Below, piece after piece: positions 10,172-18,190 of a stretch of 64,000 nt of DNA (position 1 is its first letter; each line of letters starts with the position of its first letter). A program made the translations under genes and the position numbers. The stretch lies in the NCBI GenBank assembly GCA_963674965.2, contig CAXXFL010000005.1:416001-480000 (forward strand), written 5' to 3'. Source of the DNA: a bacterium (lineage in GTDB: Bacteria; RBG-13-61-14; DATKZS01). The notes beneath the pieces were generated by a model that was not told where the DNA came from, made no database searches, and worked only from the letters and a program-made list of their open reading frames with translations.

Positions 10172-11446
10172 TTAACCCGCGCCTATGTAGTTCTTTTCGA
10201 AATCAAGCGACGCCTCGGCCTCGAAGTCGATGCATAAAACGTAGCCGATCCCCATGGCGTCCTTGAAGGGGGTCGAGAGGGTCACGCAACGGACGCCCGT
10301 GGCCAGGGAGATATAGGGCCTTGAGACGTAGCGCGGCTGGCCGTTCTTGACCGCCATGAAGTATTCCTTGAGGGAGAGGTCGGCGCGTTTTTGCGCGGGC
10401 CGGTATATTCGTTTTCTCTTTCCCGCGAGCGGGCGCTTGCTGAAGACCGTATCCGTAACCTGTATCCCCGCGTCATCCAGGATGTACACGCACTGGATAC
10501 CCGTGTTCTTCCTGACGATCATGGCCGCGGCCTCGTCGAAGTCCACCCATTTATACGACTCGAGGAGAGGAATTATCTTATCGGCCACGCGGGAATACTT
10601 ATGCATGCGCGCCCGCTCGATGATTGATTTATCCCGTCTTAATTCCTTGAACCGGTTCGCGATTTCCGCCGATCTTTTGCCGGTCCTTTCGGGCACGTCC
10701 GTTCCCGCTGAAAAGGGCAGGCCGAAAAAGAACCCCTGCAGTATATCGGCCCCCAAATCGAGACACCTTATGGCCTCCTCCTCCCTTTCCACGCCCAGGG
10801 CCACGACCAAGGCGCCAACGCGATGGGACATGCCCGCCAGTCCCCGGAAAATTTCCCCCTTGCGAGCGCTTCCGTCGATTCCCCGAACGACTTCCATGTC
10901 AATCTTGACCACGTCGGGTTTTAGCGAAAATACGCGATCGATGCTGGACGTCACGGATCCCGCGCCGGACAGGGCGATCAAAAACCCCTGGCGCCGTATC
11001 TTTTTGGCAAACTCGATCAGGGCGTCGGCGCTCTCCACCCCTGACTCGGCGACTTCGATGGCCACTCGGCCCGGATCTATGCCCATCCGCTCGACGTCCT
11101 CCAGGATCGGGATGGAACCGGCCCCGCCCTCATCCAGTTGGGACGCCTCGAAATTCAGAAAAAGGGCGACCTCGGGAATCGAATTGGCCAGCGACTTAAA
11201 ACCTTCAAGTACCTTTTGGCGAAAAATCCCGTCAAGATCTGACCTTTCCTCCTCGGTTCGCGAAAAGGCGAAGGCCCGGTCGGCGCCGATCGGCTTGACT
11301 CCATTATGGACTCTGCAAAACCCTTCCAGTCCCATCAGGGTTTGATCGCTCATGGAAATCATTTCCTGAAAAAATACCTCCACCGTCGACTCCGTGAGCA
11401 GACGATCCAATGACGCGCCGCCGTCGTCCAAGCCCGGTTCGAGCAT
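10172..11446 (-). CDS. EAL-domain protein with C-terminal sensory (YkuI-like/Cache) domain, degenerate active site
   Basis: LFLNF, IEVAES, PDVVKID and QGFFFG motifs; C-terminal 'YILDDAGIQVTDT...PYISLATG' resembles the YkuI C-domain; GGAGGAGG RBS. Confidence 0.85.
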   Translation of the reverse strand: MLEPGLDDGGASLDRLLTESTVEVFFQEMISMSDQTLMGLEGFCRVHNGVKPIGADRAFAFSRTEEERSDLDGIFRQKVLEGFKSLANSIPEVALFLNFEASQLDEGGAGSIPILEDVERMGIDPGRVAIEVAESGVESADALIEFAKKIRRQGFLIALSGAGSVTSSIDRVFSLKPDVVKIDMEVVRGIDGSARKGEIFRGLAGMSHRVGALVVALGVEREEEAIRCLDLGADILQGFFFGLPFSAGTDVPERTGKRSAEIANRFKELRRDKSIIERARMHKYSRVADKIIPLLESYKWVDFDEAAAMIVRKNTGIQCVYILDDAGIQVTDTVFSKRPLAGKRKRIYRPAQKRADLSLKEYFMAVKNGQPRYVSRPYISLATGVRCVTLSTPFKDAMGIGYVLCIDFEAEASLDFEKNYIGAG

Positions 11447-11525
11447 TGTCCTCCTCCTTCTCGCGTATTTTCCTTATCTCGCCTCGCCAATGGCGTTATG
11501 CATAATAAAGTTTACAGTAGAGCTA

Positions 11526-11540
11526 TCATAAATCGTGCCA
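11526..11540 (-). promoter_or_regulatory. Possible sigma-54 promoter for the EAL gene
   Basis: TGGCACG-ATTT-ATGA on the minus strand: perfect -24 element, imperfect -12. Confidence 0.3.
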
Positions 11541-11852
11541 TAGGCCATGTTTTTTTTAACTAGGGGTATTTACTAGGCATTACGGCTTTTTAAATTATCT
11601 CTTCTTTGACGTTTCCATACAAAAATGTTATTATAAGTATATTATATTACAATATTGTAGGAGAAGATCGGGAGAAAAAGGGGCGATGCGCGCCTTAAAT
11701 ATCCGCCGTAACCGCAGTTTTTTTCAGAAGCACAAGCTACGGCCGAAAGAGTAAAGGAGGGCCTCATGGAACTAGAAAAATGACATTGACTTTATAATGG
11801 GAGCGGGGTTGTGTCTGTTGAAAATGATCGGGACGCGCATAGAATGTCTATA

Positions 11853-12983
11853 TTACATGTTGTTGCGCTGTTTGCGGACTTGTTCGAGTGAAACGACATT
11901 TTCATCAGTTGTTGATATGTCTTCTATACCAAGTTCAATCCCAAATTTTTTAAAAATGCTCGGCTTTAAATGCAAATATTTAGCTATTTGAACTGGAGTA
12001 GTACCCTTTTGACGAAGCAAGGCAAACCCCATAGGTATAATTTCAGGTTTTTCATATTCGAGATATTGTTCACCAGGTTCATTAGTTCTCCAACCTTTTT
12101 TATTTATATAGATGCAACTGTTTCTGTAATCTACAGCACTGATCAGTTTTAAATCATAGGCCCTTCTAATAATTGCTTGCAAGCTTACGCCCCATCTAGA
12201 TTTCATTTGTATTAGTTTTTCCCAGCTAGTTCTCTTAGATTTTGGAAATTCCCGTTGAAATGAAATTGCCGGTAACAGGAAAGCACTAGCGAAATGGTTA
12301 GCTTCATCTTCTAATTCAGGATTGTCAGCATCAAGATCTTGATGTAAAACCAAATGACCAAGCTCATGGGCTAGATCAAATCTTGCTCTTGATATACTTT
12401 CTTTATTGTCATTCCTAACAACAATTGGGCGATCGTAATAATAGGAAAATGCGTCTATTTTATCGGACACACCTTCAAAAGTAGTTACAATGCCACCATA
12501 GTTTTCAATAATACGCACAACATTGTGTATGGGCGCATCGGACGTTAAGCCCCAATCTATTCTGCATTGTTCTGAGACTTCTTCGATATTTTTTAAGTTT
12601 TTCACTGTTGATCCAGTAATGATATCTTCTGGAAGTTCAAGCATAGAGTTGAAGAACTCTACTAGCCAATTGAATATTGTCCCATATGCGAGAGCCGTTT
12701 TTTGTGTGCGAAGAGGCGTGGTTTTCCTTTTACGAAAATGACATACTTCTTCTGGAACCTCTCCCCGAATCGGGGAATAAAAGAAAGTTGGCTCCACAAG
12801 CAGAATTTCTGATAACACCGCGATCATATCATTAGAGGGATAAGTATTTGGGTCCGTCTCAAGACGTTGAAGATATTGCCGGCTGACAGATATCATTTGG
12901 CCTAATTGGGCTAATGTATAGTTTTGTAATGAACGGGCAAACTTTAATTTTGAACCATAAAATGTCCTGTTATTTTTCTCCAT
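11853..12983 (-). CDS. XRE-family HTH fused to ImmA/IrrE-type zinc metallopeptidase (RmrA-like antitoxin)
   Basis: N-terminal HTH (LKFARSLQNYTLAQLGQMISVSRQYLQRLE); RFDLAHELGH (HExxH) and EDEANHFASAFLLP motifs; AT-rich. Confidence 0.9.
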   Translation of the reverse strand: MEKNNRTFYGSKLKFARSLQNYTLAQLGQMISVSRQYLQRLETDPNTYPSNDMIAVLSEILLVEPTFFYSPIRGEVPEEVCHFRKRKTTPLRTQKTALAYGTIFNWLVEFFNSMLELPEDIITGSTVKNLKNIEEVSEQCRIDWGLTSDAPIHNVVRIIENYGGIVTTFEGVSDKIDAFSYYYDRPIVVRNDNKESISRARFDLAHELGHLVLHQDLDADNPELEDEANHFASAFLLPAISFQREFPKSKRTSWEKLIQMKSRWGVSLQAIIRRAYDLKLISAVDYRNSCIYINKKGWRTNEPGEQYLEYEKPEIIPMGFALLRQKGTTPVQIAKYLHLKPSIFKKFGIELGIEDISTTDENVVSLEQVRKQRNNM

Positions 12984-13566
12984 TATCGGCTGTCCCTTCT
13001 TTTATACCATTTTGAAGGCGAACAGTGGGCTTTTTCAGAGGCACTGAGTCAGGAATTGTATGTTGAGGTTCTGAATATTCATCATCAAAAATTGGAATAA
13101 TCCAAGGATGTCGAGCAGTGCCATACTCATCAAATTGGGCAATGGTAATTCGGTCCACTTTGCCATCACTGAATGTATCAACTGCAATTCGCCAAACCAA
13201 AGGCCTATCATCTTCTTCGAATAGCCACATCTGCCTAGCTTCAATTTCAGGATGCTTCATCTGTAAACGACGGGAAGAAGGATTTTCAAGGCTACCACTG
13301 TAAAAACGAATGGGGATTTGATTGACAAGTATTAATAAGTACAAGTTTTCCCTCTTCACCTCAAGCCACTCGAGGTTTTTAGCTTCTGAGCTTATCTTGT
13401 TTATTGTCCGTTCATATATTCGACACCCAAGGCTCCATGCCCCGTCGCCATCTTGAGGCTCATGTAGCATAATCGCCTTGTGCCGCACGTCTCTCATAAT
13501 ACTGGCAAGCTTCCGCAAGCATTCAGGTTTCAGTCCTTCATTCAGTTCCCATGGCTTCTTTTGCAT
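12970..13566 (-). CDS. Hypothetical protein, putative toxin/effector partner of the HTH-peptidase (RmrT-like position)
   Basis: AAGGAGG RBS; overlaps the downstream peptidase gene by 14 nt; same AT-rich composition. Confidence 0.75.
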   Translation of the reverse strand: MQKKPWELNEGLKPECLRKLASIMRDVRHKAIMLHEPQDGDGAWSLGCRIYERTINKISSEAKNLEWLEVKRENLYLLILVNQIPIRFYSGSLENPSSRRLQMKHPEIEARQMWLFEEDDRPLVWRIAVDTFSDGKVDRITIAQFDEYGTARHPWIIPIFDDEYSEPQHTIPDSVPLKKPTVRLQNGIKEGTADNGEK

Positions 13567-13611
13567 GAAATAAAGCCTCCTTCATTAAACATTTAAGTAC
13601 AAAACAAGAAT

Positions 13612-13639
13612 ATTATAGCATGATTCTAAATTTTGTCAA
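13612..13639 (-). promoter_or_regulatory. Sigma-70 promoter of the toxin/HTH-peptidase operon
   Basis: TTGACA(13639-13634)-N16-TATAAT(13617-13612) with TG extended -10; overlapped by a GTCAACCGAAA direct repeat (13635, 13654). Confidence 0.8.
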
Positions 13640-13947
13640 CCGAAATATTATTAGTCAACCGAAAACATTTTTTGCCCATCGCAGGTAAAAATAATTATAT
13701 TAAATATCAGCGAGTTGGATAGATTAGTATGACTAAGTACGGACAAAAGGTGACACGCAACCATATAAACATGAAAGAGGGCCGTCCTCCAAGACATTTT
13801 AAGGTATAACCGTAAACCAAAGGGCTGCAATTCATCGCCCCAACAGATAATTCATATATGAAACAAATTGTCAACCCAGAACTGTCCCGTCCTCCAGTTG
13901 CTAAAGCTTTTTCTTTTTATTCCATCTTCCGGCGGAAAAGGGGGAAT

Positions 13948-13984
13948 AAAAAAAAGAGGAAAACCTCTCGATTTGCCTCTTTTT
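13948..13984 (-). terminator. Intrinsic terminator with GAGA tetraloop
   Basis: Minus strand AAAAAGAGG-C-AAAUC-GAGA-GGUUU-U-CCUC-UUUUUUUU. Confidence 0.75.
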
Positions 13985-14193
13985 CTAACCTCGATAAAAC
14001 CATGGGCGAAGGCGCACGTAGTAAGGATCCTGTAACAGATGTCTGGCAAGGGTCCACTGGGGGTGTGGTTGGTCGCGTGATCGGCAATTACCCGCTACAG
14101 GGGTTGATCAGCTAATAACATTACCCCCACCCATGGTTCATCGAAATTGTCAGAGAGCTTACCGTTTTCCGCCGCCAAGGTAGCCCTCAGTCG
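13948..14193 (-). ncRNA. Candidate structured non-coding RNA (~245 nt), family not recognised
   Basis: Own promoter, nested stems (13991-14006/14130-14144; 14058-14064/14123-14129; 14078-14082/14106-14110), 5' hairpin, terminator; no convincing ORF. Confidence 0.55.
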
Positions 14194-14199
14194 GATTGC

Positions 14200-14248
14200 A
14201 ACATACCACATGTTGGGGTCATGTCAAGAAAAAAACTAAATATAGAGG
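14200..14248 (-). promoter_or_regulatory. Sigma-70-like promoter overlapped by two NrdR-box-like sites
   Basis: TTGACA(14227-14222)-N16-TATGTT(14205-14200) with TG extension; boxes ataCcAcATgTtGgg (14203) and aaaCtAaATaTaGag (14233) versus consensus acaCwAtATaTwGtg. Confidence 0.5.
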
Positions 14249-14330
14249 ACGTTTTTTTATACATCCTTTTAAGTAGTTGATATATATGAAAAATGACCGA
14301 TTTTAAATGTAATACAGATTACAATTTAAT

Positions 14331-15341
14331 CTAAAGCAGCGCCAAACCAACGAATATCAAGAGCACTAAGGGCGATAATCCAGCCGCTTTTAACAATAAT
14401 CCGCTCTCCGAATCGAACAGGTTACCCGCTTCCTCAGGACTTATCGCAACGCCCAAACCGAATAACGACATGACCGACAAAACCAGAATCGCCATGCCCC
14501 ACCTCGGCGCTATTCCGGGCGAGCGCTCGGGAAGAAGGTCCGAATAAAGCATGTACCGGTCCGCCACCCGCTTATGTAATAGAAGTATCAGGGAAGGGGC
14601 CAATATGACTGAAACCAAAAGGTTATTGGCCAACACCCAGGGGCCGAAAACTCGAAAGGGCACGAACCCGAGAAGCTCGATCCCATAGCCTAGTATCCCG
14701 GCCAGGGCGGTCGAGGCCACGAATATCACCAGCACCAGCTTGAGGGGAGAGAAGACAATGAAAAGCACCGACCCTCCGGCCAGGGTAAAGATAATGGCTA
14801 TAAGGATGATCGAGCCGGCCAGTCCCAGGCCGACCTTCTCCTCGCCCGTGCCCCATTTGAAGAAATCCTCGACGCTTATAATACCGGCCCCGTTGGCCAG
14901 ATAGGCGCCTACCGCGCCCAGGACGAAAAGACCCGCCAGGATAAGGCCGATGACCTTTTTATCGACCAGGCGGGCGGGGATTCTCCCGCGCCATCCCCTT
15001 AGCTCCTCTCCCACGTCCTTACCGCCGGTCATGGCCTCCCACATCTTGTAAGGGACGTAGCCGTAAACGAAATTGGCCGCGAACCCGAACAAGGACCCCG
15101 GCCCGAACATGCCCCCCAGCATGTCGCCCACCACGTTGCCGAAGGCGGCGCCCCAGGCCCCGGCCGGACCGAAAAACAAGGAGAACAGGACGGGCAAAAC
15201 CGCCGCCGGCCTGACCTCGGCAAGTCCCGGAAAGATGACCAGGACCTTGAAAGGCAGTAAAGCGGCCGTATATACCGCCGCGCAGACCGCCACCAGCACC
15301 ACCATCCTCGGCTCACGCCACATGGTTACAGCGTCCTTCAT
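14331..15341 (-). CDS. QueT-family / ECF S-component-like membrane transporter
   Basis: Multi-TM; 'LVAVCAAVY...PFK...PGLAEVRPA...FGPAGAWGAAFGNVVGD' motif; GGAGG RBS before ATG 15341. Confidence 0.75.
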   Translation of the reverse strand: MKDAVTMWREPRMVVLVAVCAAVYTAALLPFKVLVIFPGLAEVRPAAVLPVLFSLFFGPAGAWGAAFGNVVGDMLGGMFGPGSLFGFAANFVYGYVPYKMWEAMTGGKDVGEELRGWRGRIPARLVDKKVIGLILAGLFVLGAVGAYLANGAGIISVEDFFKWGTGEEKVGLGLAGSIILIAIIFTLAGGSVLFIVFSPLKLVLVIFVASTALAGILGYGIELLGFVPFRVFGPWVLANNLLVSVILAPSLILLLHKRVADRYMLYSDLLPERSPGIAPRWGMAILVLSVMSLFGLGVAISPEEAGNLFDSESGLLLKAAGLSPLVLLIFVGLALL

Positions 15342-15584
15342 GGAAACCTCCAGAATATGTATTACCGCCGGTGGCTTATTGTAACATCCGGGTTTTGACA
15401 TTTGAAGCCGGGAAAATCCCGACTCCCTTCGGCTACGCCATATTTTTGCTTTCTCGGAAAAGCTCGCGATTTACAAAATTTCTCGAAACTTTTTGAGAGT
15501 TCGGGCGTTCTAACATGGATACCGGGCAGTAAGCCTTTAAAAGAAAGAATGATATCCAGAACGAAGCGAAATTTACATTCACCA

Positions 15585-15770
15585 GAGCTTCTTGCAAAAG
15601 TACTTTTCTTTGCGGCATAGCCGCTTTGGAGTGCGGTCGCTTGAGACCGCTTTCGAGGGCCTTGGCTTGACAAGGCCTATTAATACACCGGCTTGCCTCG
15701 CGTCAAGCCGCTCGGAAGAAAAGCGGCGTCGAGCCGCCGCACTCCAAAGCGGGAATTTTGCAAGAGGCTC
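15585..15770. mobile_element. MITE copy 1 (~185 bp) with terminal inverted repeats and internal REP-like palindromes
   Basis: GAGCTTCTTGCAAAA...TTTTGCAAGAGGCTC termini flanked by ACCA on both sides (possible 4-bp target duplication); homologous to 30998-31180 and 31647-31831 in inverted orientation. Confidence 0.85.
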
Positions 15771-15925
15771 ACCACTAAAAGACATTTTCCCGCGTTATAA
15801 GTCGCCTTGATCGCGACCGTTGGTATATAATTGGCTTTAAGAGATGGCTTAGCGGCCGACGCCGCCCGGACCCAGGTTGTGGCCCGGGTGAAGGGTTTTT
15901 CGCCGATAAATAAGGGAGGCCATAT

Positions 15926-18190
15926 ATGAGAGCAAAGAGGCTGATAGTTATCGCGTTCCTCATGATCGCGCCGGTTCTTTCCGCGGGCGCGTCTCCACCG
16001 AAGATACCGGACCTTGAAGGTTCCCAGATGAAAATTCCCTGGAGCGACTTCAAGAAAATCCTCGAGATGATCCAGCCGGAGGAAAAGAAGCCGGAAGAGG
16101 TGAAGGAGCCGGTCCCGCCCGCTCCCTTCGTGCTGACCTCGGCCAGGTACGAGGGAAGGCTCGAGGCCGACGCGGCCGTTTTCGACGCCTCCATCGAGTT
16201 CACCGTGCTCGATAAAAAGCAATGGCTCGAGATACCGGTATTGAACGAGTCCCTGGCGGTCGAGGAGGTGAAGCTCGACGGCGAGCCCGTGCTGATCGAG
16301 ATTAAAAACGGATGGCACGGGGTACTGATCCAGTCGCCGGGCAAGCATACCTTAAAGGCCCGCTTTTACGTGCCCTTTGGAAACGCCCGGGGACCGAGGT
16401 CGCTCTCGCTGAGCGTGGCGAGGACGCCCGTTACGACCTTGTCCTTCAAGGTGGACGAGCCGGGCCTGGATATCAAGGCCTCGCCGGCCAACGTGAACAA
16501 GGTCACCAGCGACGAGAAATCCTCCAGCCTCGAGTCGGTCATCGTGGGAGCGGACCGGATATCCATAAGCTGGAGCAAGAAGGTCGAGACCGAGGGGGCC
16601 AGGCTGCGGCTGAACGCCGAGGTCGAGTCGCTGGTCAGCATTGGCGAGCGTCTTTGCCAGCTCGAGTCGGTGATTAAATACGAGATACTCCACAAGGGCG
16701 TGACGGGTTTTCGCTTCTCCCTCCCCAAGGACGTCTCGGTTGTGGACGTGACCGGCGTGGGAGTGGCGGACTGGAAATCGAGCGAGGAAGGCGACAAGCA
16801 GGTGGTCGAGGTCGGGCTTAATTTCGAGGCCAAGGGCGGCTACCATTTAAGGGTCCTCTACGAGACCGCCCTGCCCGACGCCACGGCCAAGGTGGAAGTG
16901 CCCGAGCTTACGGTACTCGACGTGAACCGAGAGATCGGATACCTGGGAGTCGTGGCCCTTACCAACATCGAGCTGGACATCGGCGAGACCTCGGAGCTGG
17001 CCTCAACCGACGTGTCCATGCTGCCCGGCGGCATGCCCGCCAGGTCGGCCACGCCCCTGCTCTACGGATTTAAATATATCGACCATCCCTGGTCCCTCGC
17101 CATCCAGTCCATCAAGCATCAGAACGTGGACCTCCTGACCAGCACCGTGGATGAAGCCAACCTTACCAGCCTGCTCACCAAGGACGGAGAGCTGGTTACC
17201 CGAGCGCGATACACCATCCGGAACAACCGGAGACAGTTCATGCGGATGAAGCTCCCTCAAGGCTCCCGCGTGTTCAGCACCTTCCGGGACGGAAGGCCCG
17301 TGCAGCCGGCCAGGGACAAGGAAGGCAACCTGCTCATTCCCCTCGAGAAGTCCTCCGGCGAGACGGGAGAGGCCAGGTCTTTTACCCTCGAGGTGACCTA
17401 CCTTGAGGAACTGTCCAAGAAGATGGATAAAAAAGGTAAAGTGAAGCTGAACGCTCCCGAGATCGACCTCCTGGCCAACTCCATCTCCTGGAGCCTGTTC
17501 ACTCCCAGGGATTATAAATACGAAGTGGATGAGACCACTTTGGAGTACCTCGAGGAACCCGAGGGTGAACAAACAATAATAAAACCGGTCCTTCCCGATA
17601 CGGGTAGAAGTGATTTCGAGGGCGATAAATACAGGGCGGATCATAAAAAGAACTACGGTCCCATAAAAGCAGCCACGAGCGGGAAACAGACGTATTCAAC
17701 CACCGATAACGAGGCAAAGGGCGATGGTGACGGATGGGTAAGGCTTGTAAATGTCGATAGCGACGAATACATGCAAAACGCTTTTGTGTTTACTTCCGGG
17801 TCCGACTCGTGGAATCAAGATGACTTAGTAATGCTTGTACAAACCAACGTCTCCCAATTCCAGAGTGAGGACCAGGTCCAGGCGACTCTTCCCGTTCGTT
17901 TTATCGTTCCCCAGGTCGGCGTGCTCCTGAAATTCAACAAGACCATAATCCAGGAGAATGAATCCAACTCGATCGAGATATCTTATAAAAAGAAGACCGA
18001 GACGCTAAAGAAGGCATGGAAAAAGATAGAGCCCATAATTCCGCACTTGACGATTTTATTCTGGGTCATACTTCCCGTGTTGCTGGTGGTCTGGATTTTC
18101 AGAAAGATCGTCATCGGGGAGCGGATCGCGAAAAAGGCGGCCGCGAGCGAGGCCAAGACCGAGGTCCGGGCTGAAAAGGAGGACAAGTGA
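15926..18190 (+). CDS. Uncharacterised envelope protein (signal peptide, large beta-rich ectodomain, C-terminal TM), paralogue A
   Basis: AAGGGAGG RBS; N-terminal signal peptide; TM near C-terminus; colinear similarity to the next gene. Confidence 0.85.
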   Translation: MRAKRLIVIAFLMIAPVLSAGASPPKIPDLEGSQMKIPWSDFKKILEMIQPEEKKPEEVKEPVPPAPFVLTSARYEGRLEADAAVFDASIEFTVLDKKQWLEIPVLNESLAVEEVKLDGEPVLIEIKNGWHGVLIQSPGKHTLKARFYVPFGNARGPRSLSLSVARTPVTTLSFKVDEPGLDIKASPANVNKVTSDEKSSSLESVIVGADRISISWSKKVETEGARLRLNAEVESLVSIGERLCQLESVIKYEILHKGVTGFRFSLPKDVSVVDVTGVGVADWKSSEEGDKQVVEVGLNFEAKGGYHLRVLYETALPDATAKVEVPELTVLDVNREIGYLGVVALTNIELDIGETSELASTDVSMLPGGMPARSATPLLYGFKYIDHPWSLAIQSIKHQNVDLLTSTVDEANLTSLLTKDGELVTRARYTIRNNRRQFMRMKLPQGSRVFSTFRDGRPVQPARDKEGNLLIPLEKSSGETGEARSFTLEVTYLEELSKKMDKKGKVKLNAPEIDLLANSISWSLFTPRDYKYEVDETTLEYLEEPEGEQTIIKPVLPDTGRSDFEGDKYRADHKKNYGPIKAATSGKQTYSTTDNEAKGDGDGWVRLVNVDSDEYMQNAFVFTSGSDSWNQDDLVMLVQTNVSQFQSEDQVQATLPVRFIVPQVGVLLKFNKTIIQENESNSIEISYKKKTETLKKAWKKIEPIIPHLTILFWVILPVLLVVWIFRKIVIGERIAKKAAASEAKTEVRAEKEDK

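Noticed and set aside
13852-14115. Short ORFs of 65 and 85 aa over the candidate ncRNA
   Set aside because: No RBS, run through terminator/poly-A tracts, no protein-like features.
13930-14174. Retron msr-msd (flanking inverted repeat)
   Set aside because: No reverse transcriptase adjacent and no long msd-type hairpin.
14208-14240. preQ1-I riboswitch (AAAAAAACUAA tail) for the QueT-like gene
   Set aside because: Wrong strand, downstream of the gene, and lacks the conserved loop.
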